Shown: positions 1 through 15,327 of the stretch, piece after piece
Layout: the number at the start of each line of letters is the position of its first letter
Position numbering within the stretch: position 1 is the first letter of the stretch
Assembly (NCBI RefSeq): GCF_000150275.1
Contig: NW_002060945.1
Span: forward strand, 3,061,172-3,125,171
Length of the DNA stretch: 64,000 bases
Direction of reading: 5' to 3'
Source: Trichoplax adhaerens
Taxonomy: Eukaryota > Animalia > Placozoa
Position numbers and translations under genes: made by a program
Notes under the pieces: model-generated
Databases searched by the model: none
The model's input: only the letters and a program-made list of their open reading frames with translations
Told to the model about the DNA's origin: nothing

Positions 1-129
1 TTATGAGAGGAAGCAGGGTATTATTTTTATAAACATAATCAAAATTTAAAAATTTTGAAAAACTTGTAGTAGCAGCAATCATTTTAAATCGATGTTAGTA
101 TCATTTTATAGTTAAAGGTTGATAAATTA

Positions 130-1267
<1,138 letters not shown>

Positions 1268-2436
1268 GATAACTAAAATACTGTATATTCAAATTATGTT
1301 TATGTAAACCGAAACTTAAGTAAATGAGTCCTTGACGGTACCAGAGGTTGACTACGTTAAACAAAATTTTTGAACTTTGACGATTACTTTATTAGAGATA
1401 TTATCCTTTCGAAAATGGAAAATTTCAACGTATTCTTAATCAAAGAGAGAGATGTACTATATTACGTCGTCTTGAGGTTGTTTTATCTCTTAAAGATTGA
1501 TTGAATATAGTTCTACGGCAGTTGTAGAATTACTTAAAGAGAATTTGGTTAAAATAAAGCGATTAGAGGCAAATTTAAATCGATGTTGACATCCACCATA
1601 CAATTAATTCAACCACGATGAAATAAACTTGACCTTTGCTACCGATTATAAAAGGATCGTACTTAAGGATAGTATTAGGGTAAATTTCCTGATAGCAATT
1701 AGATACCAAGAGTTTACGATTGAACTTGTTTTGATCTCGTGTAATTCAACAAGCGTTAAATCAATCAACTTTAAAAGGGGCTTAATATCCGTATAATAGT
1801 AGAACAATGTTTGAATTGGATCAAAGTTATCTACAGTCTGTTATTAAATGGAATGACTGCTAGAAATCATCCATTAAAAAAATTAAAAATCAAGGTGATT
1901 CGGGACTTTTATCCAAGTTACCTTAGAAAAACTGTTATTCGCTGGTGAATACGAATACATTAATAGTAACAGCGTTAACACTAGCTAACAGGTGAAATAG
2001 ATGATATGGTTAACATCTACTTTAAGAATCCAATAACCACCAGCCAAATATTCAAATTAACATTATTAATTTGGACTTGGGTAAAAATAATCAGGAGTAA
2101 TACAAGTAAGTAGACGTTGAGCGCGGGCACTTTCTATACTTGGGAATAGCTTTGGAAAGAAACGATCAATTCCAATTTTGTTTCCTTTTCCTAATCTCTT
2201 TAAAACACTTCTTTCCTTATAATAGTATGAAATAATCTAACACTCGAGAAATGTATTAGATAGCGAAACCGCTAGCGCCAAAGAAGGTCAAAAGGGCCAG
2301 ACTTCAAGTAGAGAAATAAATCATTCAAATAAAATAGTTGAAGTAAATATAGACGTTATTATAGAAGCATAATTTCTATTATCGTACAAGATTGATGAAT
2401 TTCTTTCTTCACTACTTTAACTTTCTTTCAAATGGA

Positions 2437-2447
2437 GGGGGGGGGGG
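2437..2447. repeat. poly-G run (11 nt)
   Basis: G homopolymer in an otherwise very AT-rich context. Confidence 0.9.
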
Positions 2448-3756
2448 TCAAATGTCTGTCTTAAATAATTTGCTTATTAACCAAAATGTTCTCTATCGAC
2501 GACGATCTTCACTGAATAATTTATAATAAGGGAACTAGGGGGAAATAGATTAGGTTAACAGTATCCAATTAACGATGATGGGTCGTAACAGTCATCATTT
2601 TATAACGTTAACCTAGAAGTAAGCAGTTGTTTTAATACCGTAGTTGAGCTTTATTCACCGGGAAGGATCAACAATTATGATATTGTCCAGTTGATTCAAA
2701 ATTGAAATTATGAATGTGAAATGAAAGAGTTAATTTTCTTGATGATTGGACGTGTCTTATAGTTTTAAGAAAGATTTGGGATCGTTTCACTTTGAAGTTG
2801 ATGATCAGATGAGTATCGACTAATTTAAAGTAATTGTTAATATCGTTGATGAATAATTTTCAATCTTATGTTGAAATTATTTGCTTTAAAACTGTATTGG
2901 TTGACTATTGATCTCTAGTCACCATAGTTGGTTTTTCGTTAGAGGATTCTTCTACAGTGGTCCAGAACGTAATTTTTTGGATCCCTTTATTCAGTTTACC
3001 ACTTGAAATCGTTAAAGATCAACTCTATAAATGTTCAACCAGGACTGCAGCGAGGGGAAAAGAAATTCCAATTTGAGGATTGACTTGATCAGTTATGATG
3101 ATTAAAATGCCCAATGGAATTTATTTTATAATAATTGTTCAAGAGTGAAATATAAACGAGGACAGGGGTAGAAATAAAGCATGATTTATTATTGATTATT
3201 AATAAAATCGTCTGTATCCACCAGGGGGTGATATTAAAGTAGCGCTAATGCTGTATTCTAAAGTATACATTAGCCAATTGGTTGGTGTGAACTCTCTGCA
3301 TGCGTACGTCATCGTCTGTCTGTCTGGAAGGGATTCTAATCAGACATAATCGACATAAATACTTTGTGCCAATCGTTGAAAACAGAATAACATTAATTAA
3401 AATTTGAATTATTGATGAATTCGATAGAGTATAGTTCATCATGCCACTTGAACAATCATCATGACAATAATAATTATATAATCATTGTTTTGATGGTGGT
3501 TTCTTTATATTCATCTATGATAGTAGAACTTACTAAACATTTTGACCTATTTTTTTTTTATTTTTAGGGTAACCACTGGTCGCTGTTATTGCACGCAGTG
3601 ACTCAGAAACATCCAACCTTTATATAGAGATAGATTGATATTCTAATACTCTTCATAGCTGTCATCACCATGACCAATAATGAAGAGTACCGTTATTCAT
3701 CAACCGATAGCAATATTAATCCATTATGGCGGACATAAAACGCTTTATCCGCTGCT

Positions 3757-3862
3757 GTGCTTATGGTTACGTTGCTATGATACAACCCCAATACGTTGCC
3801 GGAGCTAAGCGTACTAGTCCATATTGTCATAGTGATCAAGGACGTTATGTCCACATGGAGAC
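3757..3862. promoter_or_regulatory. Cluster of RFX X-box-like motifs, possible STK33 upstream regulatory region
   Basis: GTGCTTATGGTTAC (3757-3770), GTTGCTATGATAC (3771-3783) and GTCCACATGGAGAC (3849-3862) lie in a locally GC-richer island ~2.5 kb upstream of the STK33 ATG. Confidence 0.35.
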
Positions 3863-6800
3863 GAAGGATGGTACTATAGGGATCAAGGCGTAGGGAAAAG
3901 AAAAATGAACAATTTCTATTTATGATGAACGATTGATATCGTTATTTGCCTTGCAATTAGTTCTTTCGAGGAAGGCCTAATCTTCTAAATAGTTGAAGTT
4001 CTGTCGTAGCAATGTACAACGGAGAGAAATCTCTGATCTCTACTGAACTGGAGTAATATCAATGAATAAAAGAACCATTTCTTTGACCTTCATTAGCCAT
4101 AAGATGGTTCTACATATCACAATGTAGTACATTCTAGTCATGCCTTAAATGCCCAATACTGTAAAAGAAAAAAATCGCTCTATTACTCAAATTAGTCTTA
4201 TTAGAGCAGGTTGAATAGTGGGTAAGCTGCAACTGATATTTAAACAAATAGTGGGCACGATTATATATATGCGTGCATACTAGGATTAATTGTAATCTTG
4301 CTTGCCTAGCAAAAAGAGTATTAGCTTTGCAATTAGCGTAGTTAACTTTGGGAGACTGTGTTGAATAGCATTTACTGCTAGTTTTGCTCCCTATAGCAAC
4401 TATACTAACGGATTACAGTAGGAAGAATCCATAAGAAGCTTGAATAAACTGTAGTAGATGTTTGAAAAGTGAGCTGTTTTTAAGCTAACGTTTTCTATTA
4501 TCTAGGCATTAATAATAGTTTTCAATAATAACACTTTCAAGCATTATCCAAGTAGGAAAAAAATAAATTAATACAATTACTCGATAGATAATAAGACAAC
4601 AAAGGATAATTTAGATCTTCTTGGCAACTTTATCTTTCAGTCTACTTAAGATGATGTTTTCGTATCGCACTACTATAGCAAAATCGTTAAAGGAAAAATT
4701 GATTTAGGGATTTTTTTTATTGAATTGAGCTTGTGCTTAATCGGAAGCGGATAAGGAAGACAAGTATAATTAAGTATAACTTATTTTATAGACTCAACTA
4801 ATCTAGATTAATTGATGAATGCCGATAGAGTACCATCACACTCATTACGTCAAATAACTTTTTATTTCATGTCATATCGACAATTTCAACGACAAACTGT
4901 TGCTTTAACAACTTAGTTAGACTAACATTGAAAATTCCTAGAAATGTTGATCCTAATTATTATTTCGCTACTCATTGCTGATGATGACGTATAAAGATAA
5001 ATGTATATAATTATAATACTATTGACCGATTACAATAATCCTATTTTAACCAGGATAACAAAGCAGTCTTTTAGTAGGATAATAGTGAGTGAGATTTGTG
5101 TTACATTTTGAAATACTAATCAGACGTTATAAATAACTCTGTTCAACTGCTCGTTGTTACTACTATACACGTATAACAATAATTGTATCTCAACTGAAAG
5201 GTGGCAGCATTGCTAGTAGTACATCATTGCTGTTGCGCCAATGTTCAATTTATTTAATAGAATGTTTGTTGTGATCTCCAAGTAGTGCTAAACTTAAAAT
5301 AATCCTCTAGGAAAATTAGATCAGACCAATGCTTTGCTTACTGGCCTTATGGTAGGCATGAATGGATAAACGTATTTATTTCTGTTTAAATTTTTCAGAA
5401 TTTAAAAATTTAGTAACTTTCTATTTATCTTCCGCTTTATGATCGTTAGCCACGGTATACACAAATACTGTATGAATGGTATTTTTGTAATGTACAGTAT
5501 GTCGTTCCGTTATTATCTTGATCGATTAGACATTAATTTTAAATTTATAAAATCATGCTATCTAGCTCGATTTTAAATGTGAAATCACTCGCTGATATTT
5601 CTACTAATTTATTCTTGCTAGATATTGTAAGATAGGACGGAACAGTCAATTATATCGGTTTCGAGGTCTACGCTGTTACTGTAATAGGATAGCCAACTAT
5701 ACCGTTAATTAGTTCGATATATCACGTAATAAATAGTAATAATAAATGAAATGTACGATCATGATTAAATTTTTTATCTTAGCGATCAATTAAAGCTAAG
5801 ATTTAATTTCATTATAGTAATGTTTCGCTATTATTCAGGGTTATTGAAAAGTTATTTATTCAAAATTATAAATTAAATCTGGATATAATTCGATATAATC
5901 AACTAGAATTATTCGGCGTAATATACCGGTACTGTAAATATTCCTTACAGTAAGTACCGTAAAATACAAATACAGTAGTACAAAATAGTTATGTGTTATT
6001 ATTGTTGTTTTCATATTACGTAGTGAGTCAACAAAACATGCAGCATCAAACTGATATACGAGTATTTACACGTAACCTATGCATTTTACAAAGTCACAGG
6101 TAGTAGAATGAATCTGATCCGGCCTAATATATAGCTGTATCATAGACTGTTAGAAACCAAAAATTTCGAATAGTCTGTGGCTATTCTGTCTTTGTATAAC
6201 AGTGATTTGTAGATAGGACAGAATAGACCACTGTGCACAATTACCGTATATGAGTTAAAGAATTGTTGTAATTGATAGGCAATTGATATTTTTTAGTCTT
6301 TTCATTTATCCAAGAAGGTATAGTTGAATTACTTATTAGAAGTATTAGGTTTAGTAACGCAAATCTAGACACTGTAAAATCTTAAGAGATGCTACTGTAT
6401 CTTTTAAATTAGGTACATTTACACGATGGGCATTTTTTAAGCGCATTGGTTATTTCCTAGCTATGGAAAGCAAGGAGAATATTATAATTCGTATAGTAAC
6501 AGCATGCCAGTTTAAAGGCTGATTCCGTTTAAGTGCATGTATTTGTGTACATTAACTTGCATGGTCTAGCACGAAACTTAATATAAGAAAACATACGCAT
6601 AAGTGATTATAGAAGTTGCGAAACGAATCAACACCGAATTTTGTTTGTAACCGACTATACGATCGTACAGGGTTTCTTTGTCCTTGCGTTACGAAAATTG
6701 ATAAGTATGTTTTCGTCAGCAGATTCGGTCCGCAGCGACTATTTCATAGTGGCAGCTACAGTGGACAGTATGATAAGTGTATACTTGAAATTTGACGACC

Positions 6801-8051
6801 ATACCTAGCTAGCTGTGCTCTTAACAAAAAATATGCGCTGTTTTTCCCAAATTCGTAGCGTTCATATGCCTCGATATTTGTAAGTCAAATTGCCAAATGT
6901 TAAGAACACAACGTAACGAATTTAGTTACAAAAGTTTAGAATAAATGAACAGCGGTGGGAAATAACAAAAATTAAAACAACACTTTAATAGGTTTATTGC
7001 CAATTACGTACTTATAAGAAAACGTGACGCAAAGCATCTCTACCAAAGGTTGCTGAAACACAAACGAGAGGCGACAAGTTGGTAGAATTGAATCACAATC
7101 AGTTATCCGCAACATTCGTTCATTATGGACTTTAACTTTTTACGATATTTATCACATTAGTATATCATAATGCAGGGCAGGAAAATAAGTGCTATTTATT
7201 AATTCCGTCAGTTAATAAAAAGCGCCACACTTTCCCGATTGCAATAGCTAAGCTATTATTCAAGTATATTTTATACATTAAATTTTTATCCTTAACAATA
7301 TGCATCTATGGACGCCATACAATTAATTTAATCGCCTAGCGGGTAATAATTTTTATCTACGCCATAAAGAGTCTTTAGTAAGTGGTCTACTTTAAGGCTT
7401 TCTGATAAATCACTTTCTTTAAATGGTCACTAGAACCAGTACATTAGAGCACAACAGCAAGCATCAGACTCTAAAAACACACCTGCGGTGCAAAAGGCTT
7501 TAGAAAGAAAGAATTCAATGCAGAACAGATCCCAAATCTATCACTTAGCACAGTTAGATTGTAAGCATACTTAAAATCAGCAAGCTAAAAATATTTGCGA
7601 ATCAGTCCAAACAATGGCAGAGTACTATACCATACATTTAATGTCAATGTAGTTATAACTGATTGAAAGTATCCAGCAATGATTTACTAATTTTAGTAAT
7701 ATTACAGTTATTTTGGTGACTAGTGTACATACAATTTTTCTAAAGAATGTAATGCAGAAGCTTAATGTCAATTACATGTTGAGTTACAAAAGTTTTCTAT
7801 CTTAACGAATCTCAATAACTAATAAAGATAAGCAATCTAAGTGCGAAAATCGCATACCTGCATGTATTGCTAATCTATTAGAGGTAAAGGACACCCTGTT
7901 TGAACATACGCGAATGCTCAAGACAGAGTGCTTTTCCATAGAGGTATTTAATAGACGATATAAAGACATGGCAAAGTCTGCTAGTGAAAGTCTTACAGTA
8001 AGATTGGCTACTAAAATGCACCACATCAATAAACGCAGTTATGATAAAGGA

Positions 8052-11000
8052 CTACGGAAGTGCAACCACGACTTCAACATAAGTTGTTGGAAAGTAACCA
8101 GTTTGTCCATTACATGTACCCTCCATCCAATTTTCGTCGATGCGATTGATTAAGTAAATCAGATCTCCTTCATGGAAGCCAAGTTCACCTTCATTTTCAG
8201 GAGAAAAGTCATATAATGCCTTTGCACATGGCTTACCACCTCCAGGTTTGTTTGAGTGATTATTGTATATGGCATAGTCGTTATTTGCTGCCATTGCATA
8301 GGTATCATCATCATCATCATCTGGATTTACTTCATCATAACTTGGAGGCAGTGAAGTTGGTTTAATAATTGGTCTTTCAGTACGCGGTTTAGCTACTGCT
8401 TCATCCATTCTAATGATTTTAAAGCAATTTAATATTATCTTGCGTGTTATTGCCAAAAAAGTAAAAATATCGTATGCTTTAATAAAGACTAAATAAACTC
8501 GTATAAAAAATCTAATTAGATTCACGTTTAAAAATTAATATCGGCGTTAAATTTGCACTAACTTCTGTTGTACAACGTGAGTCAAGTTACCCAGTAACTC
8601 TGCGCCTTGGGCATAATATTGCATAAGCCCCTTAATTAATTCCAACAGCTGCCCAATTTGATCACTCTAAGAATAGATTGTATAGGTTAACGCTGTAATT
8701 TATCTAAATTATCGTAATGAATCTTGAATGAAACTCTACTACAAATTATAGAATAGTTAAAAGGTTTGAATCCGATAATTATTGTTATAGGCGTAAGTTA
8801 ATAGCTCACTTCATTATCAAACAGATTAATCATTCCACTTTCAGCAAGTTCTTTCGATTCCAAGAATTTTTCTTCCGCTATTTTCAAATCGTCATCGCTT
8901 ACGTTACTGCCTGAAAAGCATAAAGTAATAGATGTTTATATAAATTTAACATGGCTACTTGTATCTTAGGCTATTTTACTGTGCTACTCATATTTATATG
9001 AAAGGTTCTATAGCGGGGTGCCGCTCAGCAATACCATAAATTTGTATGCTGATATTACCTCTATCCTTTTTTCGTCTTTTGCAGTCATAGTCTAAGCGAC
9101 GGCCACTAAGCTTCTTACGGTGATGCTGCATGTAGTTATTATTATATAGGGATTGAAGTACAGTATATTAGTCATCTCGGATTATATAACATAGGTAAAT
9201 CAGTGACGTTACAGTTAAGTTTATTATTGCATCCTAACCATGACTTCCTTTAAATCTTTGGTTTGCAGCAAAGTTAAAGGTTCTAGGAAATTTTGCTTAA
9301 TATTTGCATCCTAAGAGTAAAGTTTGCCAAAGTTAGCTACAGGTATTATGTAAATTATTATGAAATCAAGTCGAATTTATTAATACTTTAATAATTTATA
9401 ATTTACAGATGGTATTATTTACCAAAGCATCTTTAGCATCCGCTATCTGTTTCATACATTCACCAACGTCCACTAAAGTTTGACCTATGATCAAATAAAT
9501 AATTCAATAAATCATTGAAGCAATACGAAGTATAATAATTAAAGTTAAATATTTGAATGTTATCGTCTTACTGAGAATTAGATCTTCTCCAAGTTCAGTA
9601 GAAGATTTTATCATAACTTCGCCCAATACAAATTCAGGTTGTGGATATTTAACATTTTTCGCACTACCAGTTATTTTCTGATATGCGCCTTGCGTATGTA
9701 GTTTGAATCTGGCAGCAGGATTCGGTTGTAGAACTTCAATAGTCCTGCTTTTTATATTTTCAACCGATGCCGCTAGAGCGTCAGTTTGCTACGTAGAATT
9801 AAAAGAATTTAAATCTCAAGTAACTGACTGTAGACATATATGTTACGAGCTATGTATGGTCTAATTAGATCATCATCTGCAAACAATGCCTATAAAAATT
9901 GTAATATTACTGTAGCAAAATTAACAGATTAACGTATTCACAATTATTAATTAAATCATCCTTGTTATCAGTAATACGTAGTACTATCTATTGCTATTTA
10001 ATGATATAGCAAAGTAAATATGTTAAAATACTCTAAACACTTGATTGAACGATTTCTCTCTAATCACAACACAAAATATCATAATTTCGCAGTAGTAGGT
10101 TATCTCATTCATTTTCATTGAAAACTACCGTAATACTACAAGTACTTAAAGATGACCTAACTGTTTTTCACAAGTAACTAACTGCAAGAAGTTAGTTGTC
10201 TATCACTAAGTAAAATCAGTAAAAATATCTTTTGGTCTAAAAGTAATATCGTTATTAATTTATAATCGATAAAACGGATAGAGATGATGTTCTTGTTTTC
10301 AATCATAAGGTTGCCATACTGATAAATATCCCGGTCTTATATCTAGTAAACTGTACGTGTGTTACGGTACATACCTTTTCTAATTCCAAGAATTGATCAT
10401 CTAACTTGGTCCCTTGGGCGCCACCAACTTTCTCGCTAACATACTATATTAGAAATTAGAAATTAAATTATCAGTAAATTTTACCACGACAAAAAAATAC
10501 AATAAAAATTTCGAACTGATAAAAATCTAAAAGCGATAACTTGTTTTTAATTAGAATTGGAGAACTACTTATAAGCAATCTATTTATTGATGTATTTTTT
10601 TACTATTTTGTCATTCGTAATCTGTTACAAAGTATAACAGCACCGTCTGTCCATCTTGAACAGTGTTGGCAATGGCGTCCTCACTTAACACGTTATAATG
10701 TCATAGGTATATTGTATATTCTTTACGTGTATCATTTTATTAGCGTTATAACAACGCACGTATATTCAGAACAAGGGTTACTAGTAGAGAGTTTTTTTAC
10801 AGTAGTGCTTGATTTAGATCACAATACAGTAATTCAGTAAGCTTCTGTACAAAACTATTAGAATTGATGTAATGCGTACAATGAAGTAACGAATTAACAA
10901 GCTGCCTAACTTTATAAACAAGGCACAGAATAGAAATTATGCAGCAAAATGACCCTATGCTGATATATATATTTACAAGTTAAATTAATTAGCTGGAGGA

Positions 11001-13753
11001 GCTGAGCTGATTCGAAACAAAACGAGTAATGTAGAAATATCGTACCGCACGGATGAAATTGAATATGTCTAGCGAGGAGGAGGTAATAGAAAGCGCCTTC
11101 GGTAATATAGAGCACTACTGTATGCTACTAACTAATTCTATGCCTATCTACCAATCTAAAATTATAATTCATTATTAATATAATTAAGTATGAGACCAAA
11201 AATCGGATAACTAATTAGTATTACAGTTTCAAAAATAAGTAATTATCAATTGACTACTCGATTATTATCGACAATCAGCTTCCGTCGTTAATGTTAATAG
11301 CGATGAATTTGTACTGACAGTGAGAATATTCTTAACATACGTATCACCAATTCACGATAGCAGTTTTTATAACACAGCAACGAACAGTAAACTGAAATTA
11401 CGATGGCTTATATAATCGTTTATCTAATCAATTTAGTAACGGATTGTACTGTAGGCACGTGGCTATTATAATAAGATATTAGTAATTCAGTATTATAAAT
11501 TCAAGAAGTTGGATATTTGTAATTAGGCACTAATTACTAAAGTGGTTTAGTTTACCGTACACCAACTAGTTCGGTTAGAGTCATTACGTAAATGTAGTCA
11601 ACGCCAGTAATAAGGTGTAATTATAACTGTCGCCGCTGATTGTAATTTAAATCTGTGGAAGCGTCAATATTCCATCGCATCATTAAATGCTTTGTATATC
11701 TATAATCGAAAAGTGTAAATTGTCCAAACTGTCGGAAGACAGCATCATAGGCACGAAATATTGTTGCACATGTATTTGAATTTTGTCGTTAAGTAAATAG
11801 CAAGTCATGGTGTTTAATACACTGTATGATTGCATACTGAGGTATGAAGAGAATTCTATGCCTACAGCTAGTCTACAGGCAATAAATGCTGTTTTAGTCA
11901 GTGTATACCGATTACCGTATGCTTCTTAATTGTGGTAATATGACAGTGATTATAATTATTAACATGTACTAAATTCTTAGTTTGCTTACAGGATTTCGAT
12001 TGTCAATGAAGTATATTCATATTGTACAATGCAGTACAGTGAGGCAATTTAAATTTCTGAGACGATTACTATTTGACATACTATAATATACTATAGGATG
12101 AAGTTACCAATACGAATTTTGAATAGAGTACTAGAATCATTCCAGATCATCCACAAACGAGGAGAGACGCAAGCTAGCCTATTCTGCTGCTACCTCACTT
12201 GTACAGATGTTTTAAGTATTAAGCCAGTTCTATTATTATTTACTCGTTCACATCAGGTCATTTCTAGGTAATCTAAATATCCATTGCTGAACTGTACTAT
12301 TGTTGGCTGCTGTAACTATCTTCTACGTTTAGCTTGTGTCGTCAGTACAGTAGGCAAAATTATGGATAATTTATAACATCAGTCATATTTGGATACTGTT
12401 TATACAAGATCAAAAATTCGAAAGAGATGCAAACGGTTACGAGTATTTAACAGAAACATACGAGTGTATAGTATCGAATTATATCACAGTTGTTGTTAAT
12501 TCATTATGTAGTGTAAGATACTGCAATTCCTATGGAAGTATACTATGTATAATTGAATTATTTTATCCGTATACAATAAGATAGTCTAGTAGATAACCCT
12601 TAAAATTAGATACATTTTTATTTCATAGCCCAAGATAAGATTAAGATTAATAATGTAATCAATACTAATATGCGTAGAAACAGCTGCGAAAGGATTCCCT
12701 ATAACGTTAATCAAATACTGTACTAAAAACTTGGAAATTCTATTTCACACGGCAAGGATGGAAATAGAGCAATTTCAATGATGTTATGATTTTGAACAGT
12801 ATCCAATGAAATAAAGTGTCTTTGGTCCCTTTTCCGCATACCGAGCGGTCGGCAGATAGGTAAGTATACGTACATTGGTGTACAAACATACGGATCGAAA
12901 GGATAAAAATTGGCCACGGTATGGAGTATTGAAGAAGTCGCGATCTCTCATGCCATACTGTTGAGCGGCATGAATTGAATACGTAATCGGTGTTGGATGC
13001 ACTGTCAATCGATCAATGTATGGTTATTGTAAAAATTCGAGTTGTCGAGTTATGTGTGATATATATTACGAGTACAGTATATGTATGTGTCTATGCAGAA
13101 GAAAAAAGCTATTAGATGGACGAGTCAATTTTCCCGTTCACCATGACTATTGGAATATACGTGTCTATGCAGTAGAAAAAAGCTATAGATGAACGAGTCA
13201 ATTTTTCCGTTCCCCATGACTATTGATAAAGGATTCTTTCAAACACAATCTATTATAGGTTGACTAGACTACACGAGTTACTACTCGGTGTCCATGAACA
13301 CTATGCACACTCATCGTAGTAAATTGATGATGGTGAAAAAACAGCTAAGATTATCTACGCCTAATTGACACAATGTGGTTCATTGCTGCTGGTCAATGCT
13401 GAGCCAGTTCAAACCGACTATCCTATAGTGGCTATACATTCACAATTTTCGAACGCTATAAGGCTTTTGCAGTCTTGTTATTAAAAGATTCAACTCTAGA
13501 CGTTGCTTATTTTTAACACTAGACAAGATTAAATTTACGACGAGCATTAAAATAGCGTTAAAATGTTCAATCAATTCTTCTATCAGACAACTGTGGGCCA
13601 TTGGGATAACATCGATGGAAGTACAGTACTCTAGTCACTATAGAGTTTCAGTGATCCATCGTCATCGTTGCACTACGGTCAATTGGTACTGCCAACTGCA
13701 ATACTTACTTGGTTGGCTTTATTGATTTGTTTTTTCAATCCAGCGAAAGACAT
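8052..13753 (-). CDS. SH3GL: Endophilin-A (N-BAR + SH3; SH3GL1/2/3 family), 9 exons, ~364 aa
   Basis: Exons 13753-13709 ([15 protein letters not shown]), 10443-10375 ([18 protein letters not shown]), 9788-9572 ([14 protein letters not shown]), 9484-9423, 9310-9239, 9125-9059 ([16 protein letters not shown]), 8910-8810, 8666-8563, 8409-8052 (SH3: [20 protein letters not shown]...DENWMEG...GYFPTTYV). All GT-AG with consistent phases. Confidence 0.96.
13087..13225. repeat. Two-copy tandem duplication, period ~74 bp, in endophilin intron 1
   Basis: gtgtctatgcag(a/t)agaaaaaagctat(t)agatg(g/a)acgagtcaatttt(c/t)ccgttc(a/c)ccatgactattg at 13087-13152 and 13161-13225. Confidence 0.9.
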
Positions 13754-14489
13754 CTCGTTTAATTTGAAATAATATTAAATGGAGGGAAACGAATCGTCAG
13801 TCTCTACGTTCTTCCACAATCCGAATAACGCGATAGTTATTGTACAATATTCACGAGCAGTTACCAAAAGGTGATGCAAAAATAGTCTCCCACTTTGTGA
13901 AAGGAACCAACTATAAAAAAGAAGAGCAATGACTTGAGGTACTGAGCGTACTATCAGCAGTGTACTCCGTTTTGTAAGCAGCACGCTGCTCAGCGTTCAC
14001 TGTACACTGTACACTCTACACTGTGGACAGTACAGTACTATCCACGCTGACCTTTCCATTGGTTTGACTGGGCTTTACAGTACACAGTACTGTACTACTG
14101 GATCTCCTGCTAAGTACTGTACTATACTTGGACATCACCAAAATTGGACGACAAAGAAAGAAATTTCATCCTGGCCCATACTATTATATAATTATCTAAA
14201 AATAAACAATTACAATGTGCAATGGCTTCTTTTTCCTCTATTTTCTACATACAGTCTACTACACAGTCGGTAAACAGGAGCAAGATGAGAGGAGACAGTC
14301 TATTTCGCTCAATGTTCTATTACTGTAGACTGGTGGCTGAGTTTGAAAACTGCTTTTACTGTTCAGAGAGCTAAGGTCTTAATCAAGCAAGCCTGCGTTT
14401 ATCTGAGACGATCCATTTCAAAATACTTCCTTTTGGTGCTTCATTGATTTCTATGGCTAGAAAGAATGATGGCGATTGATACACAACGG

Positions 14490-14519
14490 TATACTGTACA
14501 CTGTACAGTGTACAGTATA
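14490..14519. repeat. Perfect 30-bp palindrome TATACTGTACACTGTACAGTGTACAGTATA
   Basis: The sequence equals its own reverse complement. It lies between the divergent endophilin and hydrolase genes. Confidence 0.95.
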
Positions 14520-15327
14520 GAATTGATGGCAATGTAACATTGAAACATTATACTGTACACAAAAAAGGCAAGATAAAAGTAATGTTTACACTTATACTTG
14601 GAGAGAGAGAGAGAGAGTTTCTTCCATGATTGCCAAATATGGTAATCGTTCCAGGACATCTATATTAATGAAGGCAATGGGCTGGACTGAAAGTCGCCGA
14701 AAATGATGATGTCATTGGCTTGGAGCGCGTTGCTTACAGTACACTCATACAGTACAGTAAAGGAGGCGTTACCATGCTAAACCCTTTTTTTTCTTGGTAC
14801 TGTGGCCGTACACGACGGTAGAACTTCAATTATGAAGAACTTAGACTTCCTACGTATATTCTGTCAACGGATTCTTGTAATTTAACTCTTCCTCTATCGA
14901 TTGACTTGTATTTTATTGAAAATCGACAGAAACTTTATTATTTTATTGTCAAAGTTTTTCGGGAAAATGGACTGTGACAAACGGTACAGCAGAGACCCTC
15001 TATGATAGTATCCACAAATCCCGTGATTGTGATTGTCGGAACTGATTACTGTTTTCTGCAACAGGGCTTGTAGCTACTATACAGTGTACACTGTGCAGAA
15101 CAGTGCACCATATTTGCATATTCTTTTAACATCTCCGATTACAGCTAACCTACTGTATAACTTACTCATATACCAGCACTTGCACGATAAAGATCGATAT
15201 TATTGTGGCATTGACAATATTAAAACTTCAAAACGTGTAATAAGCATACTGTACCTTACCATTATATCATAAGATACTTGACCCACGCGAATCATTTCTA
15301 TACTCTACAAGTGTACATGGTGTCGCA

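Noticed and set aside
1268-3500. Hidden coding exons or a retroelement upstream of STK33
   Set aside because: Trial translations in several frames gave frequent stops and no recognisable motifs.
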